From assembly GCA_030704615.1 (NCBI GenBank), contig CM060733.1:14136001-14200000 (forward strand): a DNA stretch of 64,000 nucleotides, written 5' to 3'. The first letter of the stretch is position 1, and each line of letters starts with the position of its first letter. A model generated the notes under the pieces. It worked only from the letters and a program-made list of their open reading frames with translations. It searched no databases and was not told the origin of the DNA. The translations under genes and the position numbers were made by a program. Positions 49,371 to 61,589 of the stretch are shown here, one piece after another. This stretch comes from Takakia lepidozioides (taxonomy: Eukaryota > Plantae > Bryophyta).

Positions 49371-52300
49371 GAGCTACTTCACCTTGCGGCTACTTCCCCC
49401 TTCGGCAGCCCCCTTCGGCGGGTGGGCCCTATAACAAAAAGATGTCCAAGGGGACACTAGGTGACCTCTAAGAATAGAGGGCCCTAGGTACCCACGGGTA
49501 TCCTGGGACCAGCCACGCCTTCGGAGTACAAGGATAAGCGGGGCATATTGTTTTTGACGTTTTTTTGAATCGTTTGGATATCCGATCATGGCAAAATGTG
49601 AATTCAATGAAATGGATGGTGAGTTGTGGGGGATGGTGAGGTGGGGGGGGGGGTTAAAGTGTTGATAGGTAGACCTTGTATGTCCGGGGCAAAGTCACAA
49701 TTTATGTGAACCCCTTTGGACTTCACCTTGGCACCATCGGTTGGTTGTACTTATCTACGGCCAACTCAAAGCTATGGTGGAGTCTAACGAACGAACTAAC
49801 CCAGTTTAGCAAGGACAACATTAAGAAGTCCTCGTTGCACAAAATAATGCAGCACTGCTCGTCGAGAATACTTTGCATGGGCTACGTATTCTACCACAGA
49901 AGCCTAGGTCTGGGCCTTCACTGCTGGGGGGTGTCGGATCCCAGACCTAGTAAAAGTGTGAAATTAGTTGTGAGATAGATCACGTAATCTGACATTCAAG
50001 TAGGCACTAATCAATTGTCACAATTGTGCCCGTTATGCAGCATTATTTATATTTGTAAATGAGGGCCTCGTGAAATTGTAGGGCCATTGCTCAATCTTGA
50101 GCAGGTTTTTGTCATATACAATAGCAAATGTGTAACCGCAGATCACTATGAACTGAGACGCACGAGGTTTGGCACATGATGTATATTATGCCCAGTCTGT
50201 CATGATTCCAAGCACTGGTGCTGATCATTCCCTGATCAAGATGAAAATATTGACTTCAGATGTCTAGTCAGCTACTTGAGGATATGTCAGACGTAAGCTT
50301 TGGAATCTTCAGGAGCTGTACCGAACAAAAACGCACCTCTTGCTTTTTGGTTAGCTTGCTCCTCAGTTGGTCGGGCCTACCAGCATAAGGTTTTAAACAA
50401 GGAGCTTGTGTTATTGTCCCTGTTATGACTAAAGGGAATGTATCTATTATTCCCTGTTGAAGATATGGGTATAAATGGGAAAAATATTTTTCCTATTTAA
50501 CATTGGGAAAATTATAAAAACGAAATCTTGATGGATTTTTATTATAAAGGGAACTTGTCAATTTTCCCTTCATATAGATGAGAATTGGTCTATGGGCCTT
50601 ATGTGAAGCCAAACTTATACTAATAATACCCCTCCTCATTAGCGACAGCTATTTTAGGGCTATATTCAGGTAAAGCAAGAATGCAAGGAATGGGAACCTG
50701 TTGTAGAGGACTTTGGATGCTCCCTAGGGATGATGCCAAACCACATCACAAGGACTCCTGTTGCATTCATCCACACTACACAAAGTTGAACACTCCAAAA
50801 CACACACCCCCAGAGTTTTGAACCCCAGATTTAAGTAGCGAACCTAATCATGCTAAGCATGTTAGCCAGATGGCAGTTTCTCTCTGTTCACCCATATTTC
50901 CAGCCAAGTCCTCATGACAGATAAGCTGCCATCACCTTAATCAAGCTATGTAGCTGTTAACATAAGACAAGTTTATTAACTATTTAAAGGTCTATCCAAC
51001 TATAACAATCGACCTCGTCCTAACGGTAACCTGGGTTATCTATTAAGGGGAATAAAGACATATGAGGAATATTGGATCTCTATCTCGTCTATATTTTAAA
51101 CAATTAAAAATGTAGTTTTTATAGTAAAACAGAACCATCAATTGATTGGATATACTTTTATTTTAAAGTTAATAACATTATTTAATTTAAAAATATACAT
51201 GAAATATAGTTTTGTTAAGATTTATTGTACTTTTATTTTAAAATTAGTAAAGTTTTTAAATATAAAAATCCATATGAAATATATTTTTATTAATATTTGT
51301 TGTATTTTTATTTAAAATTTAGAATATAAGAGATATTAAACCATGTAAGAATGTTTGGTAAAAAAACAAAAACAAAACCAAAAACAAAACTTTTGTTGAA
51401 GCATACTTTTACTTATGGTGTCAACCCTTAAAGACTACTGCTTTTCATTTGGAAGATAAACAGCTTTTAATGGCCGTAACCATAATAAGTAATAACGTGG
51501 GATGGTTAAGTAACGGTTGTTCAAGTACCTTTTTTTTTCCCAACAAAACGTAGCCCACGCTACCTAAATCGAGCGAAAATACCGTTAAATTGTATGCCTG
51601 CATTATGTTCTTACATTGTTCCTGTTGTTTTTCACATAAAATCTATTTTCGATCAAGATGAATATTGTTCTTAGAGGTCGTCATAGTGTGCGGAGCAACG
51701 CGAAGCCCTAGTGAAAAATAATGCAAAACAAGGCTCTGACAAGTTCTTGTTGGTAAGCATGTGTATTGAGTACCTATGGGTCTCGGGTTCAAACCCTTGT
51801 AAGCTGTCTCTCTCTACCTTAGGGCTGGGCTCTGCCCCTTTTTGTTTTCGTGGCCCCTTGAGGAATTGATTTTGCCCCTCGAGCTTTAGTTGTTGGGGCT
51901 GATGTTTCCTCGGAAACAAAAAACGGGATAAAAACGAACAACAATTTTATGAAATTTCATCTCTTTTCGATATACGTTTCTGACTCGGTCACCTTCCAAT
52001 CGGACATCAGAAAAAAGACGTAAAGGCCTGATGACATATTCTATTGGTCCGTCCCGCGTGGACAGATTCCACATATTTGCCAGATTACGAAATTCTACCC
52101 AGATAAGTGTCTCCCATCCAAGAGTGATTGACAGATAAATACCAGTATTGGGATGGTATATGGATAAGTACACAATATCAGCATGGATATCAATCACTGT
52201 TGAGCAGGTAAGTTGACGGATAAAAAACCAGAATTTATCCTACTCTTACACCGGGTACTATTTTCTTGGCGGGTAAATAGAATCCGGATAATGGGCTAGG

Positions 52301-55300
52301 GTTGGCAACTTGACATGGATCGTCATTATTTTTGTTGCAAGCTCTTTCATATTCTTGCACATTGGGTCGCCTTCAAGAAAAATTGATTGTCCTCCTCACT
52401 ACAGCTAGCTATCTCCGATTGTGTTGTCGTCCTCTTCTTATGTTTGTTGAGCTTTTTGTTTGTAAGATGTTTAGAAGTTACTTGCCATTCAGACTGTCAT
52501 CGAGTTATTTCTTAAGAAAACTTGATTTTTTTCTCGTATGACGTATGGATGTGTGAAATGTGAAACTAAGCGCAATGAAGGAAGTCAAGTGGTTTAGTTA
52601 CAGATAGTGTAAATAGAAATGGAAGTTATGGAGTCGAGCGCAAATGAGACCAACCCTGTCCAACTACTTGAGATTGATAGTAGTTCTCATGTTGAAGCTA
52701 ACCCTCATAATGTTTCCTAGATCCAATGTATATCATCAAGCAATGGATTTAGTCAACAAGCACAAACGGATTGGCAACAAAACAACTTGTACTCTTGCAT
52801 AAGCAAGTATGTGGACTCCATATGGATGAAAATTGATGTCATGGACATTCTTCGCTACTCAAAACGACGAGCACATTGCTCTCGATTGAGCATAGGTTCT
52901 TTGATGTCTTTTGTGTTTTCTTGCCTATTATGGTCGTGAGGTTTTGACTAACAAGACTAAGGTAAGGAATTGCAATGAAAAAGTACACTGAAAAAGAGCA
53001 TGCAAAGATGATCAGTAGGTACACTTTTGAACTTGACACTATTTCACGCATAAACCCCGCATCTCATGAATTTAGTGATAGACAGTTGCACAAAAACGCA
53101 CTAAGGTTGCACCAGATATTATTTCTCAATTTCTCAAAAATCAAGTGTCTTACAAAAAACATAAACACCAAAAAACATTTCTCAAGGATTTAATATTGCT
53201 CATTGTCAAAAATACTGCCATCTGAGTACTATAACAAGCTTGTGGCTTATGAGGTTTGGAGTACTTGAGGCGGACACCTTTACATTGGTAATCATTTTTT
53301 TTACTACAAATTAGGAATTAAGACATATACATGTCGGATTATTCGAGGCCAATGACACCACCAGTGCAGGCCTAACCACTTCAACTTCGTGCACTCTTTG
53401 ACATGTTCGACCTCACAAAAAAAATTATTTGCTATGTGAAGGAATATGACATAAGTTTGGGAACCATGACTATTTGGGGTGAAAATGGTCATCGTATGTG
53501 AAGCACTAGCCGATTTTATTTTTTATTTTTATTTTATTTTTTCGTTGAAGGTGTTTGTTTTGGGCACGCACTAAGCAAAGCATATCAATATTCTACGAAT
53601 ATTAATGAAAAAATTGGAGAAGTATATTACATTTTTATACGCAGATATGATATAGTCTTTTTTCACGTGACACAAATTTAGTCTAACCCTATGAAAACTC
53701 GTTTTGCTTATAAAGTCATCATATTTCAGCAGGTACTGTTAGGTTATTTTATTGTGTTACAATTGTCAAACAGTCGCATTACAAAATCGTGATCCATTTT
53801 CTGAGATGTGGGTTGCGGCTGAAGTCATATCCTCCAGATTGTCGTACCAGTTGTTACAATATGTGTTTCCAATAAATGTAGTGCGTATTGGTTACTTAGC
53901 AACGCATTGGCTATGACCATCGGTTTATGAATATAATTTGAGAGTGAAAAGAAAGAATTTGAGATTAAAGTCGAAGTGGCACCCCACCTAGATCTGTCAA
54001 CCAAACTTGTTCTTTTAAGAGTTAGAATGCAAGAGCAAATTCTTCACATACAGATTATATATACATTTGCAAGCCCCTCAAAAACGTTTTTTAGGGACCA
54101 GAAGAAGTTCAAGGGAATTCTATATTTGTATATGTCACTGTTTGATGTGGAAGAGATGAAGGCTTGTTATAGGAATTCAATCGAAGCTTTCAGTGTAGTT
54201 GTTACCAAAACAGAAATGAAGGATTGGTTTTTCGCTGGCGGAAGAGTGCCCAGGACAGTCTTGAGATTGAGACCTGCCTATGGCTTTTACTTGGACTATT
54301 GGAAACAGTCTGCAGTGAACACCATGAATCAGTCGATGTCTACAGAAGAGATAAATATAGCTTGTGCAGCAATTGCATTTGATACGTTTGTTGGCGGGAG
54401 TGATGTTGTGTTTCACTGGCATGTGGATGAGACAAATGTGCCCAAGGAGCAAATGACACTTAGTCCCGAAAATCAAATCTGCGCAAATATACTCGTCGAG
54501 ATGTGCGCTTTGCGTCCGACTGGATCATAGGCCGATTTGCAATGCGTCTATCGTTGAAGAAAGCTATCGGTTTGATGTCGTATATTATTATAGAGTTTTT
54601 GGGACACACAGATTCTGCCGGGATGTGCGGCTATTAATTCAAAACTCTTACCAATACAATAATTAGCAATGGGGGTTGTTTCTCGTACAAGGTGTTGGAG
54701 AGTGACCGACGTCAATTTGATCGAAACCTTCCAGTAGCAACAGATATCGAGGTGTTTGGTAGCAAAGAGGATGTCTGCTAGAGCGATAAAAACAACATGA
54801 CTGTTTATTGTAAACATACATCAGCTAATGAAGTGACCTTGGACTCATTGAGCAGTCCATACTTCCAAATGGCTTGTGGCGCTAACCATGGCATTAAGAA
54901 AGAAGGCCTAAAGCAGTTCATTGAAGCATTTCGGTTAAAATGACACACGACGGAATGAATATGAAAACATAACTTCGAATCAATGGATACTTCCAAACCA
55001 TTAACCCTTAAGCGCCCAGTGCCCAATGTTGACTTTTTGAAAAAAAATGGACCCCAGCTCAGAAAAATGAGAATATCTCAGCGAAATTTTTTTTTTTGGG
55101 AAAATTGACCAAATATTATGCTCATACCTACCCCTTCCAGACACCCGTAAATTTGCAGGCCAATCAGGCGAAAATCCGAGAAACGCCACCGTTGAGTGTG
55201 GGGCCCATTTTTTGGGCCCCTCCCAAAACAATAAGGGAAATTGGAGGAATTTGCAATTTTCACTGATGGGATGAAATCTGCAGGATCTCATCCTGCTTAC

Positions 55301-55400
55301 AGGTGTTGTCCAGCACATTGGCATTCTGATGAGCCATAGAATGCAAAAAATGGATTCATATTTTCTGATTTACACCTGGTCAAAGTAAGGGGGGTCAAAA

Positions 55401-55586
55401 TGTGTGAGTGGGAATTGAACCCAGTGGCCTGCCCCAACTGGCAGCTCACACAAAGAAAGACCAACATGTGGCCAACACTAGCATCAAATCAGACTCAGAA
55501 AAACTAGAGATGAACCCACATTTACACGCCGAATTGTGTGAGTGGGAGTTGAACCCACTAACTTGCCCCAATTGGCAACTCACACA
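55401..55586 (-). repeat. Two 52-bp tRNA-like hairpin units in the piggyBac B 3' region
   Basis: 55401-55452 and 55535-55586; the minus strand reads TGTGTGAG..TGCCA(G/A)TTGG..TGGGTTCAA(T/C)TCCCACTCACACA. Confidence 0.75.
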
Positions 55587-56060
55587 TGAACACAAGGGGG
55601 GAGACTCCTCCCCAGGGAGGGAAGGAGTCTCCACCCTTATGCGCACCCCCGCTTGACTGGGGGACTACCACATAATTATACTAGACACAAAGAAAATGGA
55701 CTCAGTCCTAATTGAAACACAAAATTGTTGCAGCAAAGACCTCGGAGCTACATGAACACTAAGGCAAAAAGCTGGAGTAGCAAACAAATCATTCAGATCA
55801 GGACTCAGTGAACCCCAATACTGCACAACCTCTCCTTGGACTGTCAAGCGACTCTCTACGGCTGGATCCTCAGTACAAACGTTTCATGGCTACCAACAAC
55901 AAACCAACCCCCAAACACACCACTGCTTAGAAAAAGACAGAACACCACTACATAGAAAAAGTGTCGTAAGGAGGATACCCCCTCTTTGGCATCAAAGGTC
56001 TCCACATCAGTGCAGTAAGAAATCAACCATATCAATTACTGAACATAGAAGTATCTATAA

Positions 56061-58172
56061 TCAGAGAAGGCTATGGCTCTTGACAAAGCATCCTCCAAGG
56101 CACATATACACATCTCCACACGCGTGACAAAAATACCTTTGACGCATACCGCACTGAACACACTTCCTCCTCCTACTAGTCTTGAGGGAGAAATGCACAG
56201 ACCCCGGGTTGGGCACATCTGCCCCTGGCATTACTGTTCTCCTGGGAGGAACCCACCCCACAATTAGTCCCTTTGCAACCTCCAAATTGAAAAGCATGTG
56301 GCTAAGAGGAATGTGGCCCTTTCCCCTCATAAAACCCAGGTACAATATGTAAGCATTCACCAAAGAAGTGTCAACTCCATGAAAGTACAAGCGGTGCCAC
56401 CATTTATGGTCCCTGGTCTGAACAGAGTAGTAACCCCGTAGCTGATCCTGAACATCCACTCCCCGCATATGCTGATGGTAATGAACCACAATAGGGGAGG
56501 TAGGCACATCACGTCTTGCCCCTTTGTGCCATCTTTGTATGAAGCAATCAGGACTGACAGGGGAAATGGCAGTGGAAATCATGGTCACCAACTTGGCATC
56601 CATCCAGGCAATAGCGGCTACTTTGCCACTTATGTGAACACGATATTCCAGCCTACCTCTCTCACCCTTCTTCCCCAAATCAAGGCACGTAGGAAAACCC
56701 ACTCGGGAGGTTTTTACCGTGCCAGTAGCATAGATCTGTTTTGCTGCCAAATCATAGAACAGGATGGGGCTACTGAAAAAATTATCCATCGTTACAATAT
56801 GGCCCTTACCCTCAAATCCTTCTAGTAACCTTGTCACCACGCCATATCCACTGCCATGGGTCATATCATTCCCATCATCCTTCCCAAGGTAAACCTCTAA
56901 CTTCTGAACATATTTGGAACATGCACCACACAAACACCACACCTTCAGACCCCACTGCACAGGCTTCTTGCTCAGGTATTGCTGGATTCGGGCATATTTG
57001 CCCTTGTACTTCACCATTTGCTCATCCACAGTCAAATTCTGCTCGGGGCTCATGTAGGTGGCATACAAACCATTTAGTGCATGTAGCAACCACTTGGTTT
57101 TAGCTAACTTATCAAAAGCAGGGTCAGTGTCAATAGTGCATACATCCTTATTGTCAACAAGGTGGAGGCACCTCAGAATTGCCTCCCATCGGTTGCGGGA
57201 CATAATGCGCATGATGGAAGGACAATTGAAGAAGGCATTGTTGGCTTTCCAATACAATCTAGTACTAGGCAATTTTTTGATTCCCATGAGCATGTGAACA
57301 GCAAGCCAAGCCTTCAATTCACGGATGGTGATAGGGTACCACCATCTACCTCCTTTCAGGTTTCCATTCTGGTTTTCTGTCCTGGCATACAAGTTGGTCA
57401 TGCTACAAATTCGGCGCATGACCGATAGTGGCCAAAACAAATTGAAAAAATCAACTGGATTTGCTGAATCTCCAAAAGGCAAACGAGGACCCGAATCCCC
57501 ACCTAACCATGTAATGTCTGGCAATTCAGTAGCAGAGGAGTTCCACATGTCATCACCAAACAACTCAGCAGGACTCCACTGCTCCCAATTGGGCGGCAAA
57601 TCATATAATCCCACCTCACGCGTTGGATTCCCCGTGTCAACACAGTAGTCCATCAAGTCAGGATTGTCGATGTCAACAAGGTCATCATCTTCTGGATTAT
57701 AGTCACAATCAGAATCTGATTCACTATCATCTACTTCCCCCTCAGGCAATTCAGCTTCAGAATCCAACCCCAAGAGCTCAGGGATAGTGCACAACATTGA
57801 ATCATCAAGATTACACACAACACAGGATTGTGACGATACCACATGAACACCAAGGACACCAAAAAAAGAGACAGTATAATTTTTTGTACCATTCAGGATG
57901 TCCCATGTCTTGTCTACCACAGTGCCATATCCAAATTCGTGGGCATTGCTAGACGATGCCACATCCTGAAGGTGCAGCTCAGCCACTGCCACCTTCACTG
58001 TGGATCCCAAAATCCCTATGTCCTCCATAGTTTGGGAGTGACCAGCAGGATCACATAGCGGATTTTGAGAGTTGCACAAGGAGTAGGTCGAATTGCCCAT
58101 CTCCTCACTCATGAAATCAAAAGAGGGTTCAATACGATTACCTCTCTCCCTGGCCAGTTGTTTGAGCCTCAT
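56061..58172 (-). CDS. piggyBac transposase B, 703 aa, uninterrupted
   Basis: LTVDEQM, VTMDNFFSS and MRGVDVQDQL catalytic Asp motifs; KPVQWGLKVW; C-terminal CVQC..CHAC..C..C..H domain. Confidence 0.96.
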   Translation of the reverse strand: MRLKQLARERGNRIEPSFDFMSEEMGNSTYSLCNSQNPLCDPAGHSQTMEDIGILGSTVKVAVAELHLQDVASSSNAHEFGYGTVVDKTWDILNGTKNYTVSFFGVLGVHVVSSQSCVVCNLDDSMLCTIPELLGLDSEAELPEGEVDDSESDSDCDYNPEDDDLVDIDNPDLMDYCVDTGNPTREVGLYDLPPNWEQWSPAELFGDDMWNSSATELPDITWLGGDSGPRLPFGDSANPVDFFNLFWPLSVMRRICSMTNLYARTENQNGNLKGGRWWYPITIRELKAWLAVHMLMGIKKLPSTRLYWKANNAFFNCPSIMRIMSRNRWEAILRCLHLVDNKDVCTIDTDPAFDKLAKTKWLLHALNGLYATYMSPEQNLTVDEQMVKYKGKYARIQQYLSKKPVQWGLKVWCLCGACSKYVQKLEVYLGKDDGNDMTHGSGYGVVTRLLEGFEGKGHIVTMDNFFSSPILFYDLAAKQIYATGTVKTSRVGFPTCLDLGKKGERGRLEYRVHISGKVAAIAWMDAKLVTMISTAISPVSPDCFIQRWHKGARRDVPTSPIVVHYHQHMRGVDVQDQLRGYYSVQTRDHKWWHRLYFHGVDTSLVNAYILYLGFMRGKGHIPLSHMLFNLEVAKGLIVGWVPPRRTVMPGADVPNPGSVHFSLKTSRRRKCVQCGMRQRYFCHACGDVYMCLGGCFVKSHSLL

Positions 58173-58521
58173 CGTGGCTGGCAGAAGACGTCTGGAAGTC
58201 AGGCCAAACCTCGAGCCTCAAAATGTCGTTGACCTCTGCGCTGAACCTAAGAGGGTCTCCTTCCTCCTTGCGATCTACCCAACCCAAAATCTCTGCACAA
58301 TGGCGCCTAAACAAGTAACGAAAGTTGGAGGGCTGTGGAAATCCAGGCCAACGCACACGAGCAGGTCTCTTCAAACACAAGAGGTAGTCCTCATTCAGGA
58401 ACCCGACAATCCGCTCGACTTGCTCGGTTGATGCGCCCAGTGAGCGTGCCCACTTGGCAATCGATGCAGCTTGAGTCTCCAAATGCGCAGGTGCAGGGGG
58501 AGGCAACACACCCGAACCCAT
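58138..58521 (-). CDS. piggyBac B accessory ORF, 127 aa, unknown function
   Basis: Homolog of 19942-20388, in the same position and with the same overlap on the transposase start. Confidence 0.8.
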   Translation of the reverse strand: MGSGVLPPPAPAHLETQAASIAKWARSLGASTEQVERIVGFLNEDYLLCLKRPARVRWPGFPQPSNFRYLFRRHCAEILGWVDRKEEGDPLRFSAEVNDILRLEVWPDFQTSSASHDEAQTTGQGER

Positions 58522-61500
58522 CTTATACTATGTAGCTTCAACCTTCATCCACAAATTTGCATATGCACACAAGGATAAACACAAAGATGAGCTACACGAT
58601 GCCCTAACTGCGCATAGTCTAGCTCAGGTATCAAACAATGAACATTGCCTTGAATGCGCACCCTGAGTATCAATGCAAAGCCGGCCCATCCTCTCTCACA
58701 GCTATGGCTCAGTCTCTGTAGCGGTGCCACAATTTCCAAGTTTCCTCAACTGAAAGAGAAAGAGATAATGGAAGATGCAATCGGAGCAGACCACCAACGG
58801 CAACCTGTCAAGGCATCTGCAACGGCAACCTGCAACAAAGTATGGAACACGCGCGAACGCCACAACAGACGAGATCACAGCACAAGGCAAAACGCGGGAA
58901 GGAGAGAGACGACGCTGAAAACGCGGGAGCAAGCCAAAATCGCTGCAGAAGCAGACCCCACCTCCTGCGCAGCCAAAAATTGCAACCCTAACCAAAAAAA
59001 AAACCTAATCGCGCGTTGGAATCCTGACTGCCATGTGGCTGGCATCCTACCCTCCAAAAATCAGGTTAATCGGTTCAAATCTGAGAAAAACAGATGGGAA
59101 AAACCAAAACCAACGGCCGAAAACGGGTCGAATGGGCGCTTAAGGGTTAAAGACCGTGCCGCTACTTATTTTGTACACCATTCCAGAGCATTTCGACGAC
59201 GATTATAAAGGTGCTCAGAACTACATATTAAGAAAAAAAATCATACACCATTCTAGAGCATTTCGACGACGATTATAAAGGTGCTCAGAACTACATGTTA
59301 GGAAACAAAGTCCTTACAGAAAACGGATCTCATCGTGCACCAAACAGTGATGAAGATTTCATTAGATGAGTACCTTAGCAAATTCAAAAAGCCTAGTAGA
59401 TCCAACATCGTGCGCTATTGCAGTACAAATTTTGAGATCAAAGTCGACATGACATAGACAAATGATATGGTAAGATTTTTACCATAAACATACTTCTTTT
59501 TAAAATTCACTTCTTCATTCTCACATTATCTATGGGAAAATATTATAAGAATCACTTGGTGGTTTTGCAGTTGCTACTAAGCAACATTTCTGGTGCCAAC
59601 TTGGCTAGGAAACATGCGGCAATTGGGAAGCCTCCAAGGAAAAGAAAGAAAAATTGTGGAACTGGAGATTTTCAGAATGAAGCAGATACCACACAACCAC
59701 ATGAGAAAATAAGATTTGCACTAAAAACATACTTCTTTTTAACATCCAATTCTTCTCTATCAATAAATAGCTCATATGAGTTAACATGGCTAGTTATAAT
59801 ATTTTGATACAACGAAGATTTAGAAGATTAACGAATATTCAGTGTGGCATGTAAAATTGGGCATTGGTTGGCATTGGTTAGAAGACAAACCAATGCATTG
59901 GTTGGTTGATAGAGTTGTTTTAAACTTCAAACTTGATCTTAATCATTATAAACCAACTTCAACCACAGAAAATCAGACTTAATCAGATTTCAAAACTATT
60001 TATTGCTTCGGCATGAATGACCAATCTATTGTGCAATGCGGATGACACTTATACGACCTACAAAACTGCCCACCAATGATAAATATTTGTAACGGGGTTC
60101 GAGCATGTACTTATGGCTGATTTATCATGGTTGAGGTATATAATGAAATCTGATTGAAGCCTCATTTTTCATGATTGAAGAGTAATAGATCGATATATTG
60201 TCGGTATAGCGAGAGCTTGCATGGTTCTGACATATGCAATTGCCCATGGAAGCATGCGAGAAACCTTTAGAATGGTAGAGAACACATAATGTGCAATTCT
60301 CGACCATTGCATATTTAGTACAACAAATCCTAGGGATTATTGGTAGCCAGATCGAGACAAAGAGACTATTCTTGGTCATTTAAACTAAATTGCCAAAAAT
60401 AAAAATAAAAATGAAAGAAGACAAGTTTACAGTTAAGAGTGACAAGTCGAAGACTTTGTCTTGGGGTCACTGAATTTGAATCGTTTTGTGCTCGTTTGGT
60501 TGTCAAAAATTAGCCTGACGACACACGAATTGGTTGCAATGCATTTACTGATAATTTAGATGATGTCACCGAGGCAGAAGCTAATTTGCTTGATGAGTTC
60601 GATCAAGAAGAATTTGAAGATGAGATAGAAAAATTGGTGGATAGTTATTCGGATAACTTCGATATGAGAGCAAATTTATGCATATAGAGATTTCAATGCG
60701 GACTTTTCAAAGCTATTAGAATTTTTACTTCGTTAATCCACTTAAAATCATTTGCAGAAATATATATATATATATATACCTTACCTTTACCCTACCTAAA
60801 TTTATATTTATCCAATGGATATATCTGGATTACCCAAACCCGTTATTCTCAGTCTTAAGTTATATTTTGATAATACATGTTTATTATAAATAAATAAATA
60901 AAAGTGACGCGTTGCCGAAGCAAGCGGAACTTATGGTGTCACACCCATAGGGCTATTGTCTTCCGGTGGGAAGGTAGACACCGTAATGACTTCCAACAGG
61001 TGGATTGAACCCATAACCACTCGTGAGAGGGTATGTGCCATTACCACTCGGCTACATGCTGGTTGCATGTTGTATACACGTTTATTATACCCTAACTCTA
61101 TATTCATGCGAGCGTGTGAGCCCAAGCTCACGCCACGTCAGCGTGAGTCCACATACAACATTGTCAAATCAGCACGTACCCCTGTCACGTCACCTTCGGC
61201 CCATATAGCAAGTTACAAAAGAAATGATGCCTATACCCGATGGGCATATAACTGTGGGATTTATCCATTTCATTTTGGCAATTTTTGGCTAGTTTTTTTC
61301 AATAAAATCGAGACTGAAAGAATTGAATGAGATTGCACTACACATTTGATTACGGCTATGAATACGATTCTATATGTGTTACTGTGAAATAATTGTATCG
61401 TCTGGACACCGAAGATGTTTGTCTATTGCAACTTGTGTTGCTGCAACTCAATTGAGATACTTCACTTGGAATGTTGTACTTGAACACAGACAACCTCAAC

Positions 61501-61589
61501 ACCTAATTCATATTATAAGCATTCATATAATTTGTTCAGATCCCCTGATCTTGTCCAGGTCCCCAGATTCTCAAGTTGCTCCGCTTCAA

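Larger units (their letters stand above)
55005..59146 (-). mobile_element. piggyBac element B, 4142 bp, structurally intact
   Basis: TTAA at 55001-55004 and 59147-59150; perfect 14-bp TIR CCCTTAAGCGCCCA; empty site with a single TTAA in the paralogous arm (14522-14525). Confidence 0.97.
54080..59400 (+). pseudogene. Crinkler/RHS-like NTPase-REase remnant split by piggyBac B (parts ~54080-55000 and ~59151-59400)
   Basis: YMSLFDVEEMKAC..FFAGGRVPRTVL..SDVVFHWHV, then GMCGY*FKTL..GGCF..NEVTLDSLSSPYFQMACGANHGIKKEGL; this matches the CRN pattern YMPxWxxEE..GGxPRxV..GxxFE..D..FQxT..H. Confidence 0.6.

Noticed and set aside
49904-49951. Hairpin CTAGGTCTGGG..CCCAGACCTAG ending in CTAGT as a Helitron end
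   Set aside because: No matching 5' end or second copy in the window.
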